NCBI GenBank assembly: GCA_034421015.1
Contig: DAOUKT010000003.1
Location: forward strand, 5,152 to 69,151
Length of the DNA: 64,000 bases
Direction of reading: 5' to 3'
Source of the DNA: Dehalococcoidia bacterium
Lineage (GTDB): Bacteria > Chloroflexota > Dehalococcoidia > Lucifugimonadales > UBA2985
Of this stretch, positions 35,732 through 43,774 are shown piece by piece; the first letter of the stretch is position 1; each line of letters starts with the position of its first letter. The notes under the pieces are model-generated. The model was not told where the DNA came from. It was given only the letters and a program-made list of their open reading frames with translations, and made no database searches. Position numbers and translations under genes: made by a program.

Positions 35732-36790
35732 ATGAGTTTACCATTCCCAGAAAGACATGTCGGCGAGACAGACTCCGTATACCGGAGACTGCCTCACCAT
35801 GTTTTCGTCATGAAGCCCTCCCCGCAAGGCACTGATATGAAGGAGTTTCGGGGCCTCGTCGAAGATTTCAAGCACGGCATTGTCGCAAAATCGTTGCTCG
35901 AAAATGAAACTATTCCTCACCATTCACTGGGCGGCCAGGAATTATCACTCCAATCTCTGAAGGAAATGGTCACTAACATTTTGATCGCCAGTTCAATCGA
36001 GTGGATTCGTGGTTGTGTAGGTGTTTGCATAATGTACCATCCCGAACAACGAGGGAAATTAATCTCTCTGCTGTCTAGGCTAGTCGATTCTGGCGGGCCT
36101 CCAGGCGAGAAGCTACTAGGCGTATCGCACGGAAATGAAGCGTTCGCTTTCAAGGTCAAACGCCACGAGGCTAGACTCATGCCTACTGACAGCATGTTTA
36201 TTTGGCTTGAGAATCCATCGGATCCCGTCGCTGAGATTATCGTTCCGAGTGACCGTCGTGGGCCGCTAACCCTAACCACCATCTACGAAAGTAAACAGAA
36301 GGTGGAAAATTTCGCTATGGTGTCATTGTGTACACACCTAGTCGCGGAAGGCGATACCACACCTGACGAGCTGAGTTTCCGATACGAACCTCTCGGGAAC
36401 GCCTTCCCTGATTTTGAACTGCTTGTACGTGACCAGGAGTGGGCAGTTGAAATAACACGCATTGAGACAGGAATGGTCTCATACCTTCGAGTGTCCGAGC
36501 CGATGGAGAAGCACTCCTTCGACAAAGCTGCCCAGAGACAGGTAACTGAGTCCGGGATCATCGAGGCTTTGACTAAAGCAATAGACGACAAAACGAGGAT
36601 ACGAGAGGAGTGTTCTCGTTATTCTCGTGCCTGCCTCCTCTTGGTGGATGTAGTGGATTATGTGGATGAAGTGTCCCCTGACGTCTGGAGCGGCCTCGAC
36701 CTATCTGCGTTCAACGTCGTAGCGTTGGTCAAGTTGGATGGCAGAGTGAATTTTATTAAGGGGACTCATGCTTTTGGGTCTGTGTGGTAG
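35732..36790 (+). CDS. hypothetical protein (islet gene A); weak PD-(D/E)xK-like pattern in the C-terminal half
   Basis: ORF track 35699-36790. The start is uncertain (TTG 35699, ATG 35732, 35810 or 35837). FPDFELLVRDQEWAVEITRIE is loosely nuclease-like. I recognised no confident family. It is AT-richer than its surroundings. Confidence 0.5.
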   Translation: MSLPFPERHVGETDSVYRRLPHHVFVMKPSPQGTDMKEFRGLVEDFKHGIVAKSLLENETIPHHSLGGQELSLQSLKEMVTNILIASSIEWIRGCVGVCIMYHPEQRGKLISLLSRLVDSGGPPGEKLLGVSHGNEAFAFKVKRHEARLMPTDSMFIWLENPSDPVAEIIVPSDRRGPLTLTTIYESKQKVENFAMVSLCTHLVAEGDTTPDELSFRYEPLGNAFPDFELLVRDQEWAVEITRIETGMVSYLRVSEPMEKHSFDKAAQRQVTESGIIEALTKAIDDKTRIREECSRYSRACLLLVDVVDYVDEVSPDVWSGLDLSAFNVVALVKLDGRVNFIKGTHAFGSVW

Positions 36791-36815
36791 ATTGCGAGGA
36801 GATTGGAGGTTCTGC

Positions 36816-37580
36816 ATGTCCGCAAGGTCAGACAACAACTGCTGCGATTGTGAGGAACGACACCCTCGGCAAGCTTTCATTTCCCATGCCGGGAAGGACG
36901 CAGAAATCGTAAGAGAAATCGCTAAATCATGCTGCGCCGCTCAAATCACCCCGTACCTGTTCGAGTACAGTGCTGAATTTTCTCAGTCCAATATAGACAA
37001 GGCTAGGACGATTGCAAATGAGATTAACAACAGTGATATATTCTTAGTTGTCCTAGGTCCGTCCGTATCGAATGCCTATTGGACTCAAGCTTGGATAGGC
37101 TTTGAGATTGGCGTATCTATAGGTGTAGACTTAGCGTCCGACAAAACTCGGGAAAGGGATTATTTCTCCAGTAAAATCTTCGTTCTTCGGGACATCCACC
37201 AGGAAATCAAGGTCTCGGTGCCACGAGTAGACGTTCTCTTCCTCTACGACTTCAGCCAAAGCTGGGATGATATTCGCGACCTACTGACATTTATGTCAGC
37301 CTATATTTCTGCATCGGGCGCTCAGGTGTTCCAACTTGGTAACGCGTTGAGACAGCGGATCATGACGGGGAAGGCAAAGTGCGAGAACGCAACCTGTGAA
37401 GGCGATTATGACGTGGTGATTCCCTTTAATAGTGCGAGGGCACTCGAATCTTGGGAGCAATGCAATGACAAGGAGTTCAAAAAGTTGCAGTGGATCAAGA
37501 AGGAGTTTCAGGCGAAATTCAACCTTAGTTGTCCATCATGTGGGAAGAAGGTGCATTGCGAAATCTCTCGGTCGCTCTAG
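36816..37580 (+). CDS. TIR-like domain protein with C-terminal zinc ribbon (islet gene B)
   Basis: ORF track 36768-37580. The start was moved to ATG 36816 after a GGAGG RBS. AFISHAGKDAEIVREIA...SDIFLVVLGPSVSNAYWTQAWIGFEIG matches the bacterial TIR pattern (FISxxxxD ... lvvlSp..s.S.W...E). The C-terminus has CENATC...CPSCGKKVHC. Confidence 0.6.
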   Translation: MSARSDNNCCDCEERHPRQAFISHAGKDAEIVREIAKSCCAAQITPYLFEYSAEFSQSNIDKARTIANEINNSDIFLVVLGPSVSNAYWTQAWIGFEIGVSIGVDLASDKTRERDYFSSKIFVLRDIHQEIKVSVPRVDVLFLYDFSQSWDDIRDLLTFMSAYISASGAQVFQLGNALRQRIMTGKAKCENATCEGDYDVVIPFNSARALESWEQCNDKEFKKLQWIKKEFQAKFNLSCPSCGKKVHCEISRSL

Positions 37581-37710
37581 TCGGAGGAAAATGCTTCTAA
37601 GTGATGACTTGCTGTTCGCGGGCATGACCACATATGGCTTTGACTTGACTTTGGCCCCCAAGCGATGACTTGTTGGGAAAGCTGGCTCGTGGGGATATTA
37701 CCAACTCCCC

Positions 37711-40278
37711 CTACCGCACGTGGTCTGCGTAGTCCATGCCGATGTGGCCCAGGTCCTTGAGGTTGTCGTACTCCGCCTCTGACAGGCCCAGCACCTCATG
37801 GTACACGTAGTCGTTGTCCTCGCCCAGGCGCACGGGCGGCTTGCGCACCTCAAAGGGAATCCCCGTCATCCTGAACGAGGTGCTTGGGTAGAGGTGCGTG
37901 CCCACCTCCGGCGCAGTGATGGGCACAAAGAACCCCCGCTCCTTCAGGTGCGGGTCGTTGAAGACGTGGTCCTCGTGCATCAGGTACCCCGCCGGAATGC
38001 CCTCGCCCTGGAGGCGGTGGAACAGGTCGATGGAGTCGTGGCTTGAGGTCCAGGCCGCAATGATATCGTCCACGGCGTCGTGGTTGGCGCGCAGGGAGTC
38101 GATATCGACAAAGCGGTTGTCCTCAATCAGGTCCGGTCGCCCCATGAGGCGGCAGAGGGCCTGCCACTGCTCGATGCGGCCGATGGAGATGGCGATCCAC
38201 TCGTCGTCGCCGTCGCACGGGTAGGCGTTCTGCACGTGCCACCAGTCGCGGTTGCCCGGCGGCCCGGCCACGCGCCCGTTGATGGTGTAGTCCATGTAAA
38301 GCTCCCCCAGGTGGGGCAGGAAATTCTCGCCCAGGGAGATGTCGATGTACATGCCCCGGCCCGTCTTCTCCCGCTGGTGGAGGGCGAGCATTGCGGCGAT
38401 TGCGACCGTCACGCCGGATGAGGCGTCAGTCGCCACCGAGCCGGGCGCGCCGTCGATGCCCATGTCCGGGTAGCCCGACACCGATGCGTGGCCCACGGCC
38501 GCTTCGAACTGCGTCCCGATGCCCCGGTACCAGCTCCACGGGCCGGTCTGCCCGAAGCCGCAGACGGAGATCATGATGAGGCGGGGGTTCCACTTGCTGA
38601 CCACGTCCCAGGAGACGCCCAGGCGGGCCATTGAGCCGGCGGCGTTGTTCTCAATGAAGAGGTCGCTCACCTCCACCAGGCGGCGGAAGACGTCCTTTGC
38701 CTCCGGCTGCCCAAGCTCCAGGGTCATGCCGGACTTGTTGCGAGAGTGGGCGTTGAAGTTGGCGGCGCGGTTCCAGGGCCGCGGGCCGGGGTCGCGGTCG
38801 GGGTAGGGCGACGTGAGGGCCGACATCTGCGACTCCTTGCTGGGCCGTGCGAACTGGCCGCGGCTGGTGGCAGGGAGGTGGTTGAGGGTCTCGACCCGGA
38901 TGCACTCCGCGCCCATGTCCGCCAGGAACATTGTCCCGTAGGGCCCGGCAAAGATGACTGTCATATCGATGATGCGGACGCCGTCCAGGGGGAACCGCTT
39001 CTCGGCGGGCGGCTTGCCCTGAGCCGCCGGCGACGTGCTCAGCCCGGCAGTCGCGCTTGATGCCGGTCTGTCGGACTCCTCCCAAGGCGAGCCGACACCC
39101 TCCAGCGCCTCCCTGTTGTGCTGGCCGAGGGTCGGCGCGGGCCGTCGGATTCGCCACCAGCGGCCCTTGGTGAGGATGGGCGCGCCCGGGTATCGGAAAC
39201 TTCCGGCCACCGGGTGGTCGATCTCAGTGAAGTAGCCCCGGAAGTCAAGCTGCGGGTTGTCGTCCACAACCTCGTCTACGGGCATGTTCGCGCCGATGAG
39301 CAATCCAGCCACCTGGCACTCGGCCACCGCCTGCTGCTTGGTGCGGGCCATGAGCCAGGGCAGCCAGATGTCCCTCTCAAACTCCTCCTTGCCCTCCATG
39401 CTCTGCTGCCCGAATGGAGGCGCAAAGCGGGGGTCCTCCAGAAGCTCCGGCATGCCCAGGGCCGCGACGGTCAGGGGCCAGCGCTGGCCCCCGCCGGATA
39501 CGGAGATGTAGCCGTCCTTGCACGGGTAGTGGCCCTGGGGATAGCCGCCCCTGGTGCTGGGCCCGCGACGCTGGCCGCGCTCGCCGTTGTACTGGTAGTT
39601 CACAAGGCTGGTCAGCCTGCCGTTGATGGAGCACATCTGCGTCTCGTGTATCGATACGTCGATGTGCTGGCCGCCCAGGCCCTCGTACCGCTGGCCGTGC
39701 CAGGCGAAGAGGGTGGCCATCGCGGCGTTGTTGCCGGCCTGGAACTGGACGTGGTTGCCGCCAAGCTTCAGGGGGTAACGCTCCGGCAGGCCCAGGGCGT
39801 GCATACGGCCGCCCATCCCGAACAGCGTCAGCTCCGAAGCCTCGTAGTCACTGTAGGGGCCGGTCTGCCCGAAGTTGGAGATGGAAGTCACGACCAGGTT
39901 TGGGTTGACGGCCTTGAGCGCGTCGTAGCCCAGGCCCAGGCGGGCCATGACTCCCGGCCGGAAGCTCTCCACAAGGACGTCGGCGTCCTTGACCAGGGCC
40001 TTCAGGGCGTCGACGCCCTCCGGCGTCTTGAGATCAAGGGTGATGCCCCGCTTGTTGGTGTTCAGGAACAGGAAGAGGCCGCTCTTTTCGGGATGAGGCG
40101 CGTCGCCGGGGAAGGGGCCGAGGGCGCGGGCGTAGTCGCCGGAGCCGGGCCGCTCGATCTTGATGACGTCGGCCCCGAAGTCGGCCAGGAGCTTGGTGCA
40201 GTAGGGGCCTGCAATGCCGTGAGTAAGATCTACGATACGAATATCGGAGAGGGGCTGGGGTTCCGTGCGCTCTTCCAT
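37711..40278 (-). CDS. tandem double-domain family III CoA-transferase (N-type half plus C-type half)
   Basis: ORF track, 855 aa. IRIVDLTHGIAGPYCTKLLADFGADVIKIERPGSGDYAR starts half 1 and VRIIDMTVIFAGPYGTMFLADMGAECIRVETL starts half 2. It is a close paralogue of 43775-46294. Confidence 0.85.
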   Translation of the reverse strand: MEERTEPQPLSDIRIVDLTHGIAGPYCTKLLADFGADVIKIERPGSGDYARALGPFPGDAPHPEKSGLFLFLNTNKRGITLDLKTPEGVDALKALVKDADVLVESFRPGVMARLGLGYDALKAVNPNLVVTSISNFGQTGPYSDYEASELTLFGMGGRMHALGLPERYPLKLGGNHVQFQAGNNAAMATLFAWHGQRYEGLGGQHIDVSIHETQMCSINGRLTSLVNYQYNGERGQRRGPSTRGGYPQGHYPCKDGYISVSGGGQRWPLTVAALGMPELLEDPRFAPPFGQQSMEGKEEFERDIWLPWLMARTKQQAVAECQVAGLLIGANMPVDEVVDDNPQLDFRGYFTEIDHPVAGSFRYPGAPILTKGRWWRIRRPAPTLGQHNREALEGVGSPWEESDRPASSATAGLSTSPAAQGKPPAEKRFPLDGVRIIDMTVIFAGPYGTMFLADMGAECIRVETLNHLPATSRGQFARPSKESQMSALTSPYPDRDPGPRPWNRAANFNAHSRNKSGMTLELGQPEAKDVFRRLVEVSDLFIENNAAGSMARLGVSWDVVSKWNPRLIMISVCGFGQTGPWSWYRGIGTQFEAAVGHASVSGYPDMGIDGAPGSVATDASSGVTVAIAAMLALHQREKTGRGMYIDISLGENFLPHLGELYMDYTINGRVAGPPGNRDWWHVQNAYPCDGDDEWIAISIGRIEQWQALCRLMGRPDLIEDNRFVDIDSLRANHDAVDDIIAAWTSSHDSIDLFHRLQGEGIPAGYLMHEDHVFNDPHLKERGFFVPITAPEVGTHLYPSTSFRMTGIPFEVRKPPVRLGEDNDYVYHEVLGLSEAEYDNLKDLGHIGMDYADHVR

Positions 40279-40323
40279 AGTCTACCCTCCTGTGCGCGGG
40301 GCTTTCCTGAAAGATACCCTCGT

Positions 40324-40332
40324 AGCATAGCA
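40324..40332 (-). promoter_or_regulatory. extended -10-like TGCTATGCT upstream of CoA-transferase 37711-40278
   Basis: Minus-strand reading is GTATGTGCTATGCTACG, 46 nt upstream of ATG 40278. Confidence 0.35.
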
Positions 40333-40393
40333 CATACGGGGCGCGGGCGTCCTGCTGTTTGCGATGTGCTAAACTTGTGCAAGGAGGTTGGAT

Positions 40394-40579
40394 ATGCGAA
40401 CCATTGAGGTGGTGCTGTACAGGGAAAAGACGGCCTGGGTAGCTCAGGCTCTCAACGTGGACGTCTCATCATTCGGCGACACGCGGCAGGAGGCGCGGGC
40501 GGCCATTCAAGAGGCCCTGGAGCTCTACTTTGAAGATGCGCCGGACGCGGAGGTCTTGATCAGCGAGGTGTCGTCTTAG
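40394..40579 (+). CDS. HicB-like (UPF0150) antitoxin-family protein with no hicA seen
   Basis: ORF track 40388-40579. ATG 40394 follows an AAGGAGG RBS. VAQALNVDVSSFGDTRQEARAAIQEALELYFE matches the HicB N-domain pattern. Confidence 0.6.
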   Translation: MRTIEVVLYREKTAWVAQALNVDVSSFGDTRQEARAAIQEALELYFEDAPDAEVLISEVSS

Positions 40580-40611
40580 TGCACTGGTAGAGTTTGGAGA
40601 AAGGAGCCAAG

Positions 40612-41199
40612 ATGCTAAATCCAGAGGATGTTAAAGAACTCAATCCAATATTTGAGGCAATCCATCAGAGACTTGGGATTGCCCTTGAGGGAAGTGAGCA
40701 AGAGATTACGGAAGAAGCTTGTGGCCACTACATAGCAGCGTTGCTTCTGATGGAAGAGCTTGTTGAACAAGTAACCCAGGAAGAAGGCCATAGCGTAAAG
40801 GAAGCTTTGAAACGCGTAGTTGATGCAGCCAACTCACCTGAAGGAGCCGGGGTGGCAGGAGGACTGGGAGGAGCGGCAGCGGCATTGTCTTTCACTGGGC
40901 TTGGAGGATTCGGAATAGCTGCCGGAGGAACGGCTGTTGGTGTATCGGGATTGGCTGGGGCTACAGTGGCATCAGGGGGCGCAGCGCTTGCTGGTGCGGC
41001 CGCGTTGTATCTGGCGTACAAGGGAGGCGCTGCGGCTTTGGAGACTGAACTGGGACAGAAGGCCGCTGGTCAAGTGGCGGATGCGGGCAATAAAGCTGCT
41101 GACCAAGCCAAATCTGCCGGAAATAGAGCGAAAGAGGGCTTTAGCAGATTTCGAGACAGGTTCTCCAAGTCTGAATCCAAGGAAACTACTGAAGACTGA
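40612..41199 (+). CDS. hypothetical Gly/Ala-rich (glycine-zipper-like) membrane protein
   Basis: ORF track 40594-41199. ATG 40612 follows an AAAGGAG RBS. The central GVAGGLGGAAAALSFTGLGGFGIAAGGTAVGVSGLAGATVASGGAALAGAAALYLAY region is followed by a Lys/Ala-rich charged tail. It lies in an AT-richer islet. Confidence 0.5.
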   Translation: MLNPEDVKELNPIFEAIHQRLGIALEGSEQEITEEACGHYIAALLLMEELVEQVTQEEGHSVKEALKRVVDAANSPEGAGVAGGLGGAAAALSFTGLGGFGIAAGGTAVGVSGLAGATVASGGAALAGAAALYLAYKGGAAALETELGQKAAGQVADAGNKAADQAKSAGNRAKEGFSRFRDRFSKSESKETTED

Positions 41200-41249
41200 T
41201 ATTGAGTTGCTTCAACCCGTATTGAGAATAGCCATTACCGGGCCTCAGT

Positions 41250-41279
41250 TTGACATTCATTGGGTATTAGTCATACTAT
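41250..41279 (+). promoter_or_regulatory. candidate promoter TTGACA-18 nt-TACTAT for phd-vapC
   Basis: Read directly from the sequence, 30 nt upstream of ATG 41309. Confidence 0.35.
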
Positions 41280-41308
41280 TAGCTAAGCAGATTGAAGGGG
41301 AGCGGGCA

Positions 41309-41545
41309 ATGGCAACGGTGAACGTCCACGAAGCAAAGACCCATCTGTCGCGCCTGCTGAAGCAGGTTGAGGCTGGTGAGGAGGTCATCATCGCCCGCAA
41401 CGGGGAGCCAGTGGCCCGTTTGGTGAGCAGCAAAACGCGCCGCAGGCGGCAACCCGGTTCCATGAAAGGCATCATAGAGATAGACGACCGCTTTTTTGAA
41501 CCGCTGTCGGAAGAGGAGCTGGCGGCCTGGGAGGGCAACGCCTAG
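41309..41545 (+). CDS. Phd/YefM-family antitoxin
   Basis: Internal ATG of ORF 40937-41545. MATVNVHEAKTHLSRLLKQVEAGEEVIIARNGEPVARLV is a typical Phd N-terminus. Confidence 0.8.
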   Translation: MATVNVHEAKTHLSRLLKQVEAGEEVIIARNGEPVARLVSSKTRRRRQPGSMKGIIEIDDRFFEPLSEEELAAWEGNA

Positions 41546-41548
41546 CGG

Positions 41549-41935
41549 ATGCGGCTCCTTCTGGACACCCACGCCTTTCTGTGGTGGATAGTCGATAGCG
41601 AGCGGTTGTCCCGGGCTGCCAGGCGGGCAATAGCGGACGAAGGCAATGAAGCGCAGATAAGCGCGGCGTCGGCCTGGGAGATTGCGACCAAGCACAGAAC
41701 GGGCAAAATGCCGGAGGCGGAGGCGTTAACCCTGGATATTGCCGGCGCTATGGTCAGCCAGGGCTTTGATGAGCTGCCAATTACCGTGGCCGACGCCGCC
41801 CGTGCGGGCGCACTTCCGGGTCCGCTCCGTGATCCCTTTGACCGGATGCTCATCGCGCAGACATTGTCGCGCGACCTTGTTCTCGTATCTAACGAGTCCC
41901 TCTTTGATAGGTACGGCGTGCGCCGCCTGTGGTAA
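41549..41935 (+). CDS. vapC: PIN-domain toxin VapC
   Basis: ORF track. Contains LLLDTHAFLWW...SAASAWEIATK...DPFDRMLIAQ. Confidence 0.8.
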   Translation: MRLLLDTHAFLWWIVDSERLSRAARRAIADEGNEAQISAASAWEIATKHRTGKMPEAEALTLDIAGAMVSQGFDELPITVADAARAGALPGPLRDPFDRMLIAQTLSRDLVLVSNESLFDRYGVRRLW

Positions 41936-42038
41936 CAGGAAAACGCACGCCGTCAAGGCATCCCTGAAATGGGGCAGGATTGCCAGAAAGGTACCCTCCC
42001 AGCATAGCGCATGCGGGTGTCTGCGTATCTCATTGCAG

Positions 42039-42067
42039 TTGACAGGCGGAATAGAACATGCTAATCT
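42039..42067 (+). promoter_or_regulatory. sigma70-like promoter TTGACA-17 nt-TAATCT for NYN gene copy 2
   Basis: Same architecture and spacing as 10583-10611. Confidence 0.45.
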
Positions 42068-42103
42068 TCTGCATACCACCCCTATCGCTTCGCCGGTAGG
42101 GTC

Positions 42104-42135
42104 GAGACCGCCCTCAAAGGCGGTCTCTGTCTTTG
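42104..42135 (+). terminator. terminator-like/attenuator hairpin in the 5' leader of NYN copy 2
   Basis: GAGACCGCC-CUCAAA-GGCGGUCUC followed by UGUCUUUG. The stem is preserved relative to copy 1 by a compensatory change. Confidence 0.4.
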
Positions 42136-42149
42136 CAAGAGAACGAAGT

Positions 42150-42779
42150 TTGATCACGAACGTCTACATTGATGGCTTTAATCTATATTACCGCGCCCTT
42201 AAAGACACCCCGTTCAGATGGTTAGATTTGAGGAAGCTGGCTGAGACTCTCTTTCCTGAGGATACGATTCAGAGGATATGCTATTTCACTGCAAGGCTCG
42301 ATACGCGCACCGGTAATCCTGGCCAACCGAGGCGTCAGCTCATATACCTGAGAGCCTTGGCCACGTTGCCGGGTTTTGAGATTCACTACGGAGTATTCCG
42401 CTCAGGCGTCAAGCGCCGCCCGCTGGCTGAACCGACGCCGGGTCTGCCGCCCTATGTTCTGGTGAGGGACTCGGAAGAGAAGGGATCAGACGTTAACCTG
42501 GCTACGCGCCTCTTGGTAGACGGGTTCAGCGGGGAATACGAGCAGGCGGTGGTCGTGTCCAACGATGCGGATTTTGCCGGCGCGATGAGATACGTGAGGG
42601 ACAACCTGAATTTGCGTTTAACACTGGTCAACCCGGACGCTAGGAGAGCAAGCCCGCTGGACCTGTCCAACGCCGCAACATACGTCAAGCGCCTGTGGAA
42701 GAGCCATCTGCGGCAAAGCCAGCTTCCAGACACGCTGGTGGATGAGGTTGGTGCCATTGCCAAGCCACCCGCTTGGTGA
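42150..42779 (+). CDS. NYN-domain putative ribonuclease, copy 2
   Basis: C-terminal 210 aa of ORF 41739-42779. TTG 42150 is the first canonical start after the promoter. The product is collinear with copy 1 (LITNVYIDGFNLYY...EEKGSDVNLATRLL...VVVSNDADFAGAMRYV). Confidence 0.7.
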   Translation: MITNVYIDGFNLYYRALKDTPFRWLDLRKLAETLFPEDTIQRICYFTARLDTRTGNPGQPRRQLIYLRALATLPGFEIHYGVFRSGVKRRPLAEPTPGLPPYVLVRDSEEKGSDVNLATRLLVDGFSGEYEQAVVVSNDADFAGAMRYVRDNLNLRLTLVNPDARRASPLDLSNAATYVKRLWKSHLRQSQLPDTLVDEVGAIAKPPAW

Positions 42780-42884
42780 TTCTGTAGGTCTTTCGCCGCA
42801 CGGAACTCTCTTTGGATGCCCGTACCCAATCTGCTATACTCCCAACCAGCAAGTTGAACTATCGAGTTTCTATGAAGGAGACGC

Positions 42885-43742
42885 ATGGTAGAGATCAAGA
42901 AGACGCCTGACGGAATCGAGATACCGCCGCCGGGGCCGGACGATGTGCTGTACGAGAAGGGGGACGGCTTCGCGCGCATCACCCTCAACCGCCCCACGGT
43001 GCTGAATGCCATGAACAAGAACGTACAGCGTCTGCTGAACGCCGCGCTGGAGCGGGCGGAGGATGACGACGAGGTCAAGGCCGTTATCCTGACCGGCGCC
43101 GGACGCGCTTTCACCGCCGGCGGCGACCTCTACTCCCACCTCTACCCGGACGACGACCCCGCGCCAAGCGGGATGGACAACCAGATGAAGATATGGTCGT
43201 TGCTCAAGCCTGTTATCGCGGCGGTCCGGGGCCATGCCGTGGGCCAGGGGTTCGAGTTCGCCGGCGTGTGCGACTTCACCATAGCGGCCGAGGACGCGCG
43301 GTTCGGCGAGATCCAGATTCGCCACGGCGGCTCCCCTCCCGTGCTCATCACGCCATACATGCTGGGCCTCAAGAGCGCCAAGGAGGTCCTGCTCCTGGGC
43401 GAGCAGATAGGCGCGCAGGACGCCCTCAGGATGGGCATCGTCAACAAGGTTGTGCCCGTTGACCAGCTTCAGGAGGAGGCCGAGGCGTGGGCGAAGAAGA
43501 TCGCCGCTCTGCCGCCGGCCGCCGTCATGCGCAACAAGTTCCTGGTCAACCGCGTCTACGACCTGGCGGGCTTCCGCGAGGGGCTGGCCTACAGCGATGA
43601 TCCGGCGGTCAAGGCCCTGTCAGAGAGCGCGGACGACGACCGGCTCACCAGGGAGCGCCGCCAGCGACTCCAGGAGACTGGCTGGGGCGCGTTCAAGGAC
43701 GAGAGGGACGCCGCTTTCAGGGGAGACGCGCCGAAGACGTAG
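42885..43742 (+). CDS. enoyl-CoA hydratase/isomerase (crotonase family)
   Basis: ORF track. Contains ITLNRPTVLNAM...LTGAGRAFTAGGDL...GHAVGQGFEFAGVCDF. Confidence 0.85.
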   Translation: MVEIKKTPDGIEIPPPGPDDVLYEKGDGFARITLNRPTVLNAMNKNVQRLLNAALERAEDDDEVKAVILTGAGRAFTAGGDLYSHLYPDDDPAPSGMDNQMKIWSLLKPVIAAVRGHAVGQGFEFAGVCDFTIAAEDARFGEIQIRHGGSPPVLITPYMLGLKSAKEVLLLGEQIGAQDALRMGIVNKVVPVDQLQEEAEAWAKKIAALPPAAVMRNKFLVNRVYDLAGFREGLAYSDDPAVKALSESADDDRLTRERRQRLQETGWGAFKDERDAAFRGDAPKT

Positions 43743-43774
43743 GGGCGGGCTTGTTCTTCACGTCAGGTCACTGA

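Noticed and set aside
37590-37680. GATGACTTG(C/T)TG direct repeat (about 37603 and 37664) as an island att-site
   Set aside because: It is only ~12 nt, both copies are on the same side of the islet, and there is no counterpart at the left boundary.
41739-42149. 137-aa N-terminal extension of the NYN copy 2 ORF
   Set aside because: It overlaps the 3' end of vapC and the predicted promoter and leader. The paralogue has no equivalent, and the shared TTG start fits the NYN N-terminus.
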